From Eledone cirrhosa (lineage: Eukaryota), in the NCBI GenBank assembly GCA_964016885.1, contig OZ024747.1, forward strand, positions 85,064,001-85,128,000: a DNA stretch of 64,000 nucleotides. The letters run 5' to 3'. The translations under genes and the position numbers were made by a program. This document shows, in pieces, positions 1 to 13,003 of this stretch (positions within the stretch are counted from its first letter, which is position 1; every line of letters begins with the position of its first letter). The notes under the pieces were generated by a model, which did not search any database, was not told the origin of the DNA, and saw only the letters and a program-made list of their open reading frames with translations.

Positions 1-105
1 AACTGTAAATTTGCATGTATATAGAAAACATTAGGTGCATCTCCAAACTTAGTTTTCCCTACACACACACGTGTGTGTGTGTGTGTAAGAATGGTTTTCC
101 ATTAA

Positions 106-287
106 CCCTTTAGCATTTACATTACTTTATATTTACTATTATATTTTCATGGTAAACACTTTATTTCACATAATATTGATATTATTTATTTTGAGGACAA
201 TACCTTAACATAAGTCTGAGCAGCCTGTTACAACAGAAAGAGGTGAGAGAGTTCTGGCCAGATACAGCCGGTTTAAATGCTAAAGGG
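106..287. mobile_element. piggyBac-type MITE (other copies ~22642-22834 and 27575-27773)
   Basis: TIR CCCTTTAGCATTTA / TAAATGCTAAAGGG with TTAA on both sides. Confidence 0.8.
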
Positions 288-1846
288 TTAATGAAGGGAA
301 GGAGATCACAGTCAAACCAAGCTGCTCAATACATCAAGAAGTGAATTCACAATGACTAGTTTCATTCAGTGATGAAATTGCGAGAAAGAAGATTGATAAA
401 ATTAGTTCTAGACTTGAATACATACTGGAGTTGATATGGAAGACAGTTCCCCAGCATGACCACTAATAACAGAAACCAGTAAGAATGTGTACACGTATTC
501 ACATAAATACCTCGCATCACTGAAATAAATTTCTTTAAAATTAAATAATCAAAATTGTTTTCATGTTTTTATTATTTTTATTATTCACAGGAAGAATAAA
601 CATCAAACTTCATAGTGTTTACAGTACATTTTTTTTCCCCATTTCATTTCAAACCCAAAGTATTAAAGACATGCTTTGGAAATTGGCTGCAAGTGATTAT
701 TATTATTATTAATATTGCCGAGAAAACACATTCATTACAAGAGATAATGGCGAGAAAAAAAAAACAAACATTAGTATTGCATTAACCCAATAACCAGTTT
801 TCAACATCATAATAAAATTTGCACTGTATATATATATGTTTTCTTCTTTTTTTTTTGGGGGGGGGGGGGGGGGGGATAAAGCTACCTTGAATGTAGATAC
901 ATTCTGCCCTTCATCAACCCCACCATTTCTGAATGTAGGTAGGACTTGCCAAATTATTAAATTTCTATTCTACTCATACGAGTGTGTACATGAGGCCACA
1001 AAAAAAAAAAAAAAAAAATTATCCTGCTAAGGCCTCAATGAGCAAACTCAAAAATTTCTATTATATATATTTTTACACTTTGGCAAAGTCAACCTTACAA
1101 ACATGAACGATACACCAATATCTTTTGTTTTGTATGTGTATTTCATTCAATTCATTTTAAGGTAGGGTCTGAAAGTTTTTCTTTCTTTAGTTTTTTTTTC
1201 ATCTCTTGATTCTTTTATCTTTTTTTTCTTTCATTCAAAGTGAGCTTTTTATTTTTAATTCAATTTTATAACATTGGTTTGGTCTTGTTTTAAATATTTG
1301 TATATTCCTTTAGGAAAAAATGTTTTGTCAAAATAATTCATCCAATATATCTTATTTGTTTTATTTTTTATCATTTCTTTTTAATTAACCAATCATTTTT
1401 TTTTCAATTATTTTTATGATTAATGCTTCATTTAAAAAAAAAAAAAAAAAAAAAAACAATCGATAGACACATCTCACTTGCAAAGTCTTCATATCCTGAC
1501 AGCACAAAAAGGAAGGAATATTAGAAAAAAGAAAGGAAAAATACGTTTATACCCTATAAAACCTAACTAGAAGTTGAAGGCAGGCTTAGGGGGAATAAAC
1601 ATATTTTAATATTACATTATTGCCAGGAATGTGATAACACAAGTGAATTCAAATATTCAGCCATGCATGCAACAGTGCTAACAAATAATTTTCAACCATT
1701 CTCTTTCAGTTCACACACAACTACAAACCCTTCTCTCTCATATACACACAAAAAAGGAAAGGATTTGATCCCACAAATTCATCAGGAAAAATTAAAAGAA
1801 AAAATATCCACCATTTATACACTAGCTATAATATTTATATATGGAC

Positions 1847-2064
1847 CTGTTATTTTTATCTAAAGACATTTTTTTCAATTCCAACCCGCCCATCCCCTCA
1901 ATCTAATCTATTTCTTATTCTGTCTTCTGATGAAGGACTAGCATCCGAAACGTTAAGACCCTCTTCCTGCTATTTCAAGAGTTAACCTAATATATCCCTT
2001 CCATATACTGTCCTGATTGTGTTGTTATTTCTGTTTACCTTTTACATACATATATATATATATA
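1847..2064 (+). mobile_element. ~215-bp hammerhead-bearing non-autonomous element, family A (other copies ~14428-14638 minus and ~50414-50630 plus; related 3' end at ~37926-37966 minus)
   Basis: Three near-identical copies share the start gttatttttatctaaagac and the end cctttta-cata(TA)n. Confidence 0.8.
1922..1959 (+). ncRNA. Minimal type I hammerhead ribozyme motif, family A
   Basis: GTCTT CTGATGA A GGA-ctagca-TCC GAAA CG TT AAGAC. Helix I is GTCTT/AAGAC, helix III is the palindrome ACGT, and the cleavage triplet is GUU. Confidence 0.75.
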
Positions 2065-2884
2065 GGAAAGTGGTGGACTAAGCATTAAATTGGACCAAGA
2101 AAACAATGTTCCCATTGCTAAAACTATCTGCTGATTGCAACTCCTAGTAGGAGGGGGTTTGAATTCAGAGTGCAGTGGGCTGAAATAAATACCTAGACAT
2201 TTAATTCAATGCCCCTAACAACTGCCAATTTACCACCTGATTATATGTAGTATTAAATATTACTAATGTCTCTGAATATACAAAGAATATTATATTTGAG
2301 GTATTTTATCCAAACAAGCAGAGCTTAATTCATAGCTTTTATAAATTCTATTTATTATTATTGTTGTTGCTTTTAGGAGGAATTTCTATAAAAAAAAAAA
2401 AAAAAAAAAATACTCAGTTGTTTCGTGCATTTATGGTGGATTTTATTTTAACCTCTTTCCCTTTCTCTGATTGCCAAGAAACAATGACTACCACTTCACA
2501 TTATTTCCAAAGTGTATGAAACATTTAAAAAAAAATTGTCCTTTTTTTAATATGAACAAAGACAAGAGAATGGCAATGAGCAGAGAACAATGATGACAAC
2601 AAGGACAACATCAAGATGAAGAAAAATTAATAGTTGTAATAAATGTAAATATATTAAGAGTGAAATTTGTAAAAAGAAAGGAGAAACAAGATTGCACACA
2701 GAAGGGAGGAAGGTGGGATAGAAATAGAGAGAGAGAGAGAGAGGAGAAATTGAATGAGTGAAAGAGCAGAGTGAATATATATATATATATATATGAAGTA
2801 ATTCCGTCGGAAAGGTCCAGGAAAAAAGAGTGCTCTATATAGGTTACAGAGCTTATTTATGTAATAAACAACATAAGATGATTA

Positions 2885-2944
2885 TTTCATTTACCAGTGG
2901 TTTCTTGAAAGCAAATAAATCTGCTTTCAGTCGTCAGAATAAAA
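2885..2944 (-). ncRNA. Type I hammerhead motif, family B
   Basis: Minus strand reads TTTTATT CTGACGA c-TGAAAGCAGAT-tt-ATTTGCTTTCA-a GAA ACCA-c-TGGT A AATGAAA. All three helices can pair; triplet GUA. Confidence 0.72.
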
Positions 2945-4561
2945 AAATCCACATATATATATATATATTAATATGGAAAGGCAGTGTGTTCAGCACCAAT
3001 TGCAAACTTAAGTGCAAAGATTAGGATTAAGAAATACAAGCTTTGTTTATTACTTGGATTATAGTAAAGAATGGTTTAGCTATCGCTAATATATTGTTTT
3101 TTATATTATAGACTTTTGTCTGTTCCAGCAAGCTCATTTTTACACATCTCAGATTGGTTCATGCTTGCATATATGCCAGATATAGTCCTATATGAGCGAG
3201 ACAGTCACACAATCAATCTTGCCTCAAGTGGGACAATTCCCGTCTAACTCATGCTAGCGTGGAAGATAGACGTTAAACGATGATGATGATGATAATGATA
3301 CATGTATTATATATATATTAGTTTGTAGGTGATGTATAATTATGAAGCATATATTTTATATGTACATATATATATATATATAGCTTGCATGAGTTACATA
3401 AAAAACTATTTAGTATCTATATGGCTGTATGTGCGTGTGTGTGTGTGTGTGTGTGTGGTTTTCAGCAACTGTACAATTTACACCGTCAGCATGGGATGTT
3501 CTACAAATAATTGCATGTGTGAGTATATGTGTGAGTGTGTCTTTGTGTGTGTTTTATACAGCTGTCGTCGTCATCATCATGATGATGATGAAATATCAAG
3601 GAGACAGAAGGGAATAGATAATTCAGTACAATGCTAGATTAGATGACATATATGGTGATAACTAGATCTAGTTCACTGTTTTAACATTTTGAGTTCAAAT
3701 TACATCAGAGGCAATTTCATTATTTATTTATTATTTTTCAGTTTTACACCCCAGACTCCACAGAATTGATGAAAAAATGGCCAAGTGGAAAATTAAATGA
3801 TGTAAGTTAGTCTAATTAATGTCTAATGAAAGGAAGTCATTATTATAAAGATATCATCATCATTATCATAATTAATATCCCCAGCTTTATTATAGCTATT
3901 ATAACTACTTTAATTTATATTGTTCCCACGATGAAACCTCCAGTGTAGTACAACGATAGCTTTGTTTCTAATGCATTTTATATGAAACGATGCATCACAT
4001 GCCTTCTCTACTCCAGTTAAAAGTTATTTTTTCCTTCACCTCACTTCACCCCATCAGCTCAAACATTTATATGGCTGGGGGTTACATTCTGGAGTTTCTG
4101 TAATGTTAAGTAGATGAGATACAAACTTCATTCAACACCATATATATATATATAATACACAATTCTTGTAAAATCATTGAGTAATTAACAGCCAGAGCTA
4201 CATGAATTATACACTATGAGCTTCTTTAAACTATACATATATAAAGAGGCAACTAAAAGGGTTGCACCAAGAAGAACATTCACCTGTAAAACACTGACCC
4301 CAAAAGAACTCCCAGATAATGATCCTGAATCCTATTGTGGGACACCCCAGGATCACTCATGCTTTAAATGGGAAAAATTGCCTTGAAATGCTTGTTTAAT
4401 TATATATATATATATCATCACTATCAGCGTTTAATTTCCATTTTCCCACACTAGCATGGGTTAGATGGGTTGTCCTGATTGAGGCAAATTCAGTCAGGTG
4501 ACCGTGTCTTGCTCTCATAGAACTGTTTCTGGCTTGGTTTCTAACACCAACCACATTTACA

Positions 4562-4600
<39 letters not shown>

Positions 4601-5225
4601 CCATATCCCTGCTCATCATAAGCAACAAAAAGGATTGGTAGCAGAAAGGGTATCTAGCTATAAAACATTATCTTAAAAAGGACCTTGTGATGGATTTAGA
4701 TCGAGGCATAGGGCCTTCAAAGATAACCCTTAATCTAATGGGGAATATGACCTTACACCACTTATTAGTTAGTTGGTTGGTTATATTGATATAATATGGC
4801 TAACTTTCTGGGAAAGAGAACTCAATACATAACTAGAGCATGTATTTTTAACAATGGTATATATATAGTTGTGTTTTTTGTTATTATTATTTTTCTCACA
4901 TTACATTCGGAGTTCAAATCCTGCCATCGTCAACTTTCAACCATCAGGAGCTGATAGAATAAGGTACCAGTTAGGAACTGGGTCAATGTAATAAGACTTT
5001 CCCATTCCCCAAATTAGTGGCCTTGTGGCAATGTTAGAAAGAATTATATTCTTCACATTGACATGATGTGCTATATTATGGAGTTAAAGGCCAATGGAAA
5101 GCCTGTGTTATTTCATAGCTAGAATCTGAGTAACATACAGCACTCCCTGCAACTGAAACCAAACTAAATTTACTGAGATTTTTACCAATGCACAGCAATT
5201 CCCAACATTATATATATGTATGTAT

Positions 5226-5301
<76 letters not shown>

Positions 5302-6903
5302 GATTGGCAGAGTGAGGAAGCAGGGTAGATAAATAGATAAGTAGGTAGGTTATTACAATGTCTTTCTCAGAGCTTAACAGTATTGAGAATGTGGCAAACT
5401 GTAAGCATATTAAAGAGGTAAAAGTACAAGGGAGATAATAATTTACAAAGACAATAAAGACACCAGTTGTATCATGGTAAGATAATATAAAATTACAAAA
5501 TAGCGCCGTGTTAGTTACATCTTTAATGGGCCAGTAGAGAGATTTTGAAATGGGTATATAGGGACACAGAGAGAGAGATCGATATACAGATAGACAAAAC
5601 ATGCAGAGGAAAATAGGCAGAAAATTAAAAGGAGATAATAATGGATAGACTAATTAAATATGTATTAGTTAAAAAGAAAACGTTAGTGATAGGAAGAAAG
5701 ACAGAAAAATAGAGAAAGAATAGGAAATAGTACATTATACATACAGAAAACCACATGCACACATATACATACATATATATATTTATAATTCATATATCAT
5801 CATCATCGTTTAATGTCTAGCGAGGAAGATAGATGTTAAACGATGATGATGATATGTGTGCATGTACATATGTGTTTTTTTCTTCACAGAATCCAAGCCC
5901 ATTCTGATATCAAAAGAACAAAGCTTTTATGGTTTGAGCTAAGACAGTTCGAGGGATTTGTGAAGATGTAGTTGTATGTGTGTATATATGCCCATTCATA
6001 TAACAGGTGTATATCTCTCTTCAGTACATGTATGTGTGTGTGTGATTACCATGTATGTTTATGTAGATCTGTGCATGTATATGTATGTATGCAGTGTCAT
6101 CTTAATGCATGGGGCAAACTGGGCAGTTGCCCATGAGCCCACCAGATCTATAGGCCTAATGATAATCTGTACCTAGGGGCTCCAGTACACTACTTTACCT
6201 GGTGAGGGGGTCTATAATGCTATTAAGATGTATGTATATTATTCTAGTTTTATCTTTTGAAATTCATCACCAATTGATAGCCAGTTTCTAATTCAGAAAC
6301 AAGGCTCTTCTATTGGAATTTAGACAACTAGATAATCATGTAAGAATGTCTGCACATATGTAGATGTGTATATAGGTATGGATGCCATTGCATGTGTGGA
6401 TCACTATGTTTGGAATTATATAAGTGCACATATACATGTTTCTATGTCTACACATAAATGTATACATATAAATACACACACATACATACATTCAAAAGGA
6501 TTTCAATATTCTGTTAGTTTTACAGACATTTTTTTTTTTTTTTTTATTATCAGCATCATCATCATGCACACACATACACCAAAGATTTTGTGTATATGTA
6601 GCAGTTTAACTTTAAATCATGGCTGGACAAACTTGAAGATATCACATTCCAAAACATAAAATATATAACAGAAACAAATACAAACAAAATAATAAAATAC
6701 TTATAACGATTTCTGTAATAGGTACAGGACCGCACATTTTTAAGGGGGGGGGGGGGGGGGGGCACTCGATTAAACAACACACCAATGCCCTGCCAAGTAC
6801 ATAACTGATATTTTATTTTACTAACCATGGAAGAGGTTGAAAGGTAAAGCTAACGTCGGTGGCATTTGAACTTAGAATATATTGACACTAAGTCAGATAT
6901 CAT

Positions 6904-7732
6904 TTTGTAATTCAACACGGGCGCCTTCAGAGTTTATTAAAAATTTAGGAACATCTAATACATAAATTCACTTTTCAAAGTGCAAAAGATTTTAAAAAAA
7001 ACATTTCAAAAGCGGCAATGATCAAGAGATATATGTGAGAGATGAGTATGCTGGTTGGATGTAATGTTATTTTAAATGTATATAGTAATAGTTCAAATGT
7101 TGTTAGTCATTATTGATAAATCCATAAATATACAGTTTAAGAAGTGCAATATTCATTCTTATATATTGATTCTAAAGTGTTACTGAGCACAAACATATAT
7201 ATATATATATATATATTTAGAAAGTGAACAACACAAAAATAACTACTAGATGTTATCAGATAACATCTGTCTGACGACCGATCCAGACGTACATTATTAT
7301 TGTCTGTGATCCAGAAACCTTTGGTAATGGAGTAGTTATTTTTTATGTTATTCACTTTCTAATTAAATAGCTCTGTTCTATATATAGAGCACTCTTTTTT
7401 CCTTTGCTTTTCCTTCAGAATTACCTAACATATATATATAAAATGTTTGTGCTCTTAAGCTGTATATTTATGGATTTATTAATGAAAAGCTTTTATTAAT
7501 AATGACTAACAACATCTGAACTATTACCATATACATTTAAAATAACATTACATCCAACCAGCATACTCATCTCTCACATATATCTCTTGATCATCACCGT
7601 TTATGAAATGTTTTTTGAAAATTTTGCACTTTGTAAAGTGATTTTATGTGTTAGATGTTCCTAATGTTATTCTATGTGAAATATTAATAGGCATTTTAAT
7701 AAATGCTGAAGACACCTGTGCTGAATTACAAA
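6904..7732. repeat. Diverged inverted repeat (arms ~6904-7200 and ~7432-7732)
   Basis: For example gatcaagagatatatgtgagagatgagtatgctggttggatgtaatg has its reverse complement at ~7546-7592. Confidence 0.9.
7266..7331 (+). ncRNA. Type I hammerhead motif, family B
   Basis: TCTGT CTGACGA cc-GATCCAGAC...GTCTGtGATC-ca GAA ACC-ttt-GGT A ATGGA. Followed by the same gctct...agagcactct tail as the copies at 2885 and 31328. Confidence 0.62.
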
Positions 7733-7795
7733 TCAGAAGTTACATTACAACTCACTGTAAGTGGCTCTGCACAGGTAGAAACAGTTTTCAGTTTA
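7700..7795 (+). ncRNA. Degenerate hammerhead motif with a long stem II insertion
   Basis: CTGAAGA c-ACCTGTGC...GCACAGGT-a GAAACAGTTTTC AGTTTA. The inverted left arm (near 6923-6928) retains TAAACT, which would pair with AGTTTA as helix I. Helix III is decayed. Confidence 0.45.
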
Positions 7796-8150
7796 AAAGT
7801 TTTTTAAATCTTTCGTGTTAAGCTATAAATCAACCTGTAAATGAGTATAGCTAGTATTAATATTATAACTATAATATTAATACTACTATATATATATATA
7901 TATATTTAGGTTTGTTGGTTCACCACTGGATAGACAGGGTGGTAGTAGCACACTATAAGCCTATGCCCCTTCACCAGATAGACATAAGTAGGCTTAATAA
8001 TCACCACTTGAGAGTGGCTGACCAAGGTAGAAGCTGCTAAATGTTCGGTCGCCCTCATGTCTCTGATTAACGGTTCAAGTTTTTCCTGGAGAAACTTGAA
8101 CCGTTAAGATCTTCTTCCTGGATATGTCAATATTTATAAAACAAACTTTG

Positions 8151-8211
8151 TATTTTATCTGATGAGAGCATACCAAAGTTTTGGTACCCTTGAAATATAT
8201 ATAATAGAATA
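8151..8211 (+). ncRNA. Type I hammerhead motif, family C
   Basis: TATTTTAT CTGATGA GAGcaTACCAAAG-TTTTGGTAccCTT GAA ATATATAT A ATAGAATA. Helix I is 8 bp, helix III is palindromic, and AATAAA follows directly. Confidence 0.72.
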
Positions 8212-8875
8212 AATGTGGTTTTATAAATATAGTTTCCATTTATTTAATATCATTGAATATTATACTCCAGAAAACCTGTTGAGTGCTCTGAATCAGTTAT
8301 AAACATTTATATTTGTTGAATTACCACCAAATTAAATATCCCTTTTGCTTATATAATCTAATATATAGATGGCAAAATTAGCTTTTAAATATGTTTTAGT
8401 CACTCGCTATGTCAATGGGTGGACTTGAGATGTTCCCCATTCTGTGTAAAGTGGGAATTGGATTTCAGATATATTCTGCTTCAATTTAATGGGTTTTTTT
8501 AACCCTCCAAAGATAGATAAGTACAAACAATATACCTATATATCATTGTGTATGTATAGATCTTGATTATACATATTTTCACCTAACATTATTCAAATAA
8601 CTGGATGTACAATTCTCTTGAAACATGTGTAAGGAATTAAATATGATTTAAAAACTAATTTTTCCATCTATATATTTGATTATATTTGCTCTGTGTTTAA
8701 TGTCTGCGTTTCCCATGGTTTCTCTCTAAAAAAATCTACTTTCTCTTCAAACAAATATAATATATAAACATCCTGAAAAGATGTGGAAATTATATACTAT
8801 CATATATAATTCTTTACATACATTTGAATTTTGTATACATAGTTTTACCTTTGCTATATATATATATATATAATC

Positions 8876-8935
8876 ATTCAGGTCAGTTACTACAACAGCA
8901 CCTGCTATGGCGCTGTTGTAGTCACTGACCTGAAT
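8876..8935. repeat. Short hairpin after (TA)n
   Basis: attcaggtcagt.actacaacagc / gctgttgtagt.actgacctgaat. Confidence 0.85.
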
Positions 8936-10687
8936 AAATATATTCAATCTCGCCCTACGGACTTGAGTTGCTCTACACCTTGGATTTTTACTTACATATC
9001 ATTACTATACATATAAAGGCAGCAATGAACAGATACAATTAATGGATGTGCATGCATATACCCATATACTATCTTGTGCAGGTCTCCTAACATGTCATGG
9101 TTGACAAAACTGGAGCTTTGAAATGCACTACACACACACAAACGATCTTAATTTTGATTACTTACATAGGCACAAGGTTTATAACAAAAGAGAAGACCAA
9201 GCCTTTCTCAAAGCATTATAAGTAGATCTTACTGTACATAAAAACAAAATATTTATTAAATTAAAATTGAAATGACTATTTTTAAAAATATGTATGCGTA
9301 TATATAAATGTATACACACCACTAGACCAGTTACAACACTCATACACACAAGAATACAATAAGGAGTTGTGTTTTTCTTAATTTTTCTATTTGACACTAG
9401 ATCACCCTTTGCAAGTACACCAGTACATTACTGGTATGTATTATCTTATTTTAAAAAATCTCATAAACGTACAAGAGAATCATTACCCAATCCTCCAATA
9501 TTTGATGCAAAATACACATACACATATTAATTTTTATGCGGTTGATGTTTTATTTCCAACTTCAACCCTGCTTCATTAATCTTAACTCTTTTAATTCTAA
9601 CCTGCCCAAAACCACACTAATTTTAAGATGATAAACCTCTTGTTTTAAAGTATTTATATTTAAATAAAAAATTATATTAGACGAATATTTTTGTTAAGCT
9701 ATGTAATAAACACCAGCATATAAATATGACTAGTTATTTTCCTAAAATCATTCAAATTATTATTTACGAAATTTATTGAAAAACATAGGTAGTGTATTTC
9801 ATTAGAAATAGACTAATGAAAGGGTTAAAAAAACAGTTCTCAAACAGGAGAACTTGGCTCCCAGAACAGAAATTTTTGTTAAGGGAGAAATTTGAGAGGC
9901 ATTCAAACTGGGAAAGAATAGCGTACATTGTGTATATATATATATATATCAAGATTAATACCAATATATCTAACTATAAGGGCAATCATGAAATAACAGT
10001 TCATAAAAAAACTGCTGCTTCAGATTTAATCTGGTTTCGGACTATACAATGATGGAGTAAGAAAAGCTTGCTCATGGTGTCTGGGTGAAAATTTAGTAAA
10101 TTGATTGCTTACATAGGCAAAAGGATTCATATTAACGGAGAAGAGGAGAAAATGAGATTGTGTTATTTTCATCATGCTCTTCTCCGGAGAATTATCATTG
10201 ACGTTTGTGAAGACATGTATTTAGATAGCATCAGAAATCAAAATAGGTTTGTATGCTTGCCTTGCATAGAATTTACCTCTGACCTATGACAGAAATATGG
10301 TCATAATATCGAGTCCTAACATAAGCAGGACAAGGCCAGAAATTGGAGAGTAGAAAAGCACATAGTATTTTCAAAGAACATTCCAGATCACACTCCAGGA
10401 TCTGATTAGTATTATATTTCTTTATTTTATCAATCCACTCCCTAGATGGCTGAAGAGTGAAGTTGACCACAGCAGGATTTGAACTTAGGACATAAAGGGA
10501 TGTAACTAAAACAAGGATCTAGGCCAATTCACTGCCAGTTCACTATCTTTGAATTATGGTCATGATATTTAAAGGAATCAAAACAATACAACAATGATCT
10601 TCAGGTCTATCTGTAAATATATATATACACACTTACACACATACATATATGTGTGTATGTATATATAAATGTGTGTGTGAGGGTCTT

Positions 10688-10729
<42 letters not shown>

Positions 10730-11344
10730 TAAGCACCAGGAGTGCACTGAAGAACAGAATTACAAAAAATAAATAAAAATAACAATTTTTTAAAAAATCG
10801 TTCCACCCCAAAACAAAACAATTAACCAACTCCAACCCCACCAAAATTCAGTCAATTTTGATTTTTTTCTAACTTCTAAATTGTCAAAGACTGTAGGAAA
10901 AAGTAAATAAATAAATAATATTTCATAAAAAATAAAATCTTTAGCAAAAATGTCTTTCAAGTTTTTCAAGTAGAATAAAAAAAAAAAAGAACAATCTTTG
11001 ATTTGTCTTCTCTTCTTTGACAGCTGATTGCATTGTGATTAGGTGCATATGATGTATATCAGTATCAGTGTATGTGTGGGTTTCAGTAGGTGCATGTATG
11101 CATGCGTGTAATAAATCACAATTATTTGCTGTAATCCACAGTAATCTCTCTCTCACTTCCTCTCTGTGTGTCTCTCTATCTCTCTCTATCGTGCACCATC
11201 TCTTCTAACTCCATCTGTCATTGATGACCAAAAACAAACCATTTAACGTAGTTAACATCTCTAGAGTTGGTCCTGCAAAGAGAAATTTAGATATCAGTGT
11301 TGTAGTTTGCTTGAAGCATTGTTGAATAGGAAATATAAATTTAA

Positions 11345-11502
11345 ATAATTTTAAAAGCCATACAATGCATTAGAAAATTAAAGGTGGCAAAATAATGATA
11401 GAATCATACCTTAGCAAATTTAATTAAGTTTGCTACGGTAAAATTCTATCGTTATCTTGGCACCTTTGATTTTCTAATGCATTGTATGGCTTTTAAAATT
11501 AT
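11345..11502. repeat. Imperfect palindrome, ~158 bp
   Basis: ataattttaaaagccatacaatgcattagaaaat... / ...attttctaatgcattgtatggcttttaaaattat. Confidence 0.9.
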
Positions 11503-11514
11503 CCCCACTTCCTA

Positions 11515-12062
11515 CGTGTACAAGCCGAAGCTTGCATATAGACAGTATGCCCCCACCCCCTCCCACTGGTAAGTGGTCGTGTTGGTGTCACGACAAAAAA
11601 AGCACCCAGTCCGCACTGTAAAGTGGTTGTGTAGGTGCCATGGTAAAAAGCACTCCATACTCACTGTAAATGAAGTTGGTGTTAGGAAGGGCATCCAGCT
11701 GTAGAAATCAAATCAAAATTAGTTCTGTATGAGCAAGACAGGGTCACCTGACCTGGCATTGCCTACAATAGGACAACCCATCTAACCCATGCTAGCGTGG
11801 AAGAATGGACATGTGATGATGATGATGATTATTTATATCTGCTACCTAGGTGACCAAATTAGCAGCGGAGGTGGGTGTTCTGAAGGTACAGTAGCCAGAG
11901 TGAGAATGGGATGGAAGATGTTCAGGGAGCTACTATCACAGCCAGCTACAAAAGGCTTTTCCCTCAAAATGAAAGGCAGACTGTATGATGTGTACATACG
12001 AACAGCAATGTTACATGGTAGTGAGACCTGGGCACTGTGTGCAGAAGACTTGCGTAGATTGG
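11515..12062 (+). mobile_element. RTE 3'UTR/SINE tail followed by an RT-thumb fragment of the same RTE family
   Basis: 11515-11830 matches 29780-30090. 11836-12060 encodes CYLGDQISSGGGCSEG...HGSETWAL. Confidence 0.85.
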
Positions 12063-13003
12063 ATTTATAGAATTATTGAACATGGTCAAACGTGGACTGG
12101 TGAGAAAATGTTAACAGAAAGACAAATAAACAGAAATCGCATACTATCAAGGGAAATAAACTTTAACTAAGGAAAGTAACTCTACTAAACTAAACTGTTA
12201 ATGTGGAGGTGTTATTTCGTTTAGCCCCAAGTCAGCAGTGATTGAACAACTCTATGATTGGTACCTATTCTACTGTTATATGATATTGTGAATTTCTTTA
12301 CAAAGTCCCTATACATTTTCTCTGATGAAAACATGGCAGTTTCAATGGACGTGTTTTATTGTTTAAAGAAAAAAAAAAGAGAAAGGTAGAAAAAGGAGGG
12401 AAGAAATGGAGAAAAGGTAAACTCTAAGTTGTTAGCTGGATAGCATATCTACTAGCTGCAACCTCCAGATAAGGTGGTGAACGTGTTGCCATGGAGAACA
12501 GTTACTGATAACAGCTGCATTAGCCATTCTATCTTATGAGATTCCTTCCTTAGGTGGGATATTGGAAGTGCAGGAACCAGCACAAAAAGAAATTGCTCAA
12601 TGTTTCGTGTCTGACAGTAACACAGGATTCAATACAGAATGGTAGCAGTGTTCATTATTGTTGCTGCAGCTGTGTTATCAAACACACATTCATGCATGCA
12701 CACAGGTACACATACACTTGCCAGATCTTATCTCGGTTTCATGTACAAGACTTCCCTGTCAACACATTACTAGTGTCTTCTACAAGGTTTAATCTTTAGT
12801 TGCTGCTGCTGGCACTCATTTTTTTCAGCTAAGTGGACTGAGGCAATGTGAAATGAAATGTCTTGCTCAAGTATACAATGCAACTGTTCAGTTTTAAAAT
12901 CAAACCAACAATCTAATGATTGAGTTCAACACTCAAACTACTAGGTCACACACAATCATATTATATCAAATGAAGAGAAGATTTAATAAGTGACTTACCA
13001 GGA

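Noticed and set aside
12320-12350. CTGATGA followed by a short stem (similar isolated hits near 36632, 49590, 56967 and 58603)
   Set aside because: No correctly placed GAAA or helix I; expected by chance.
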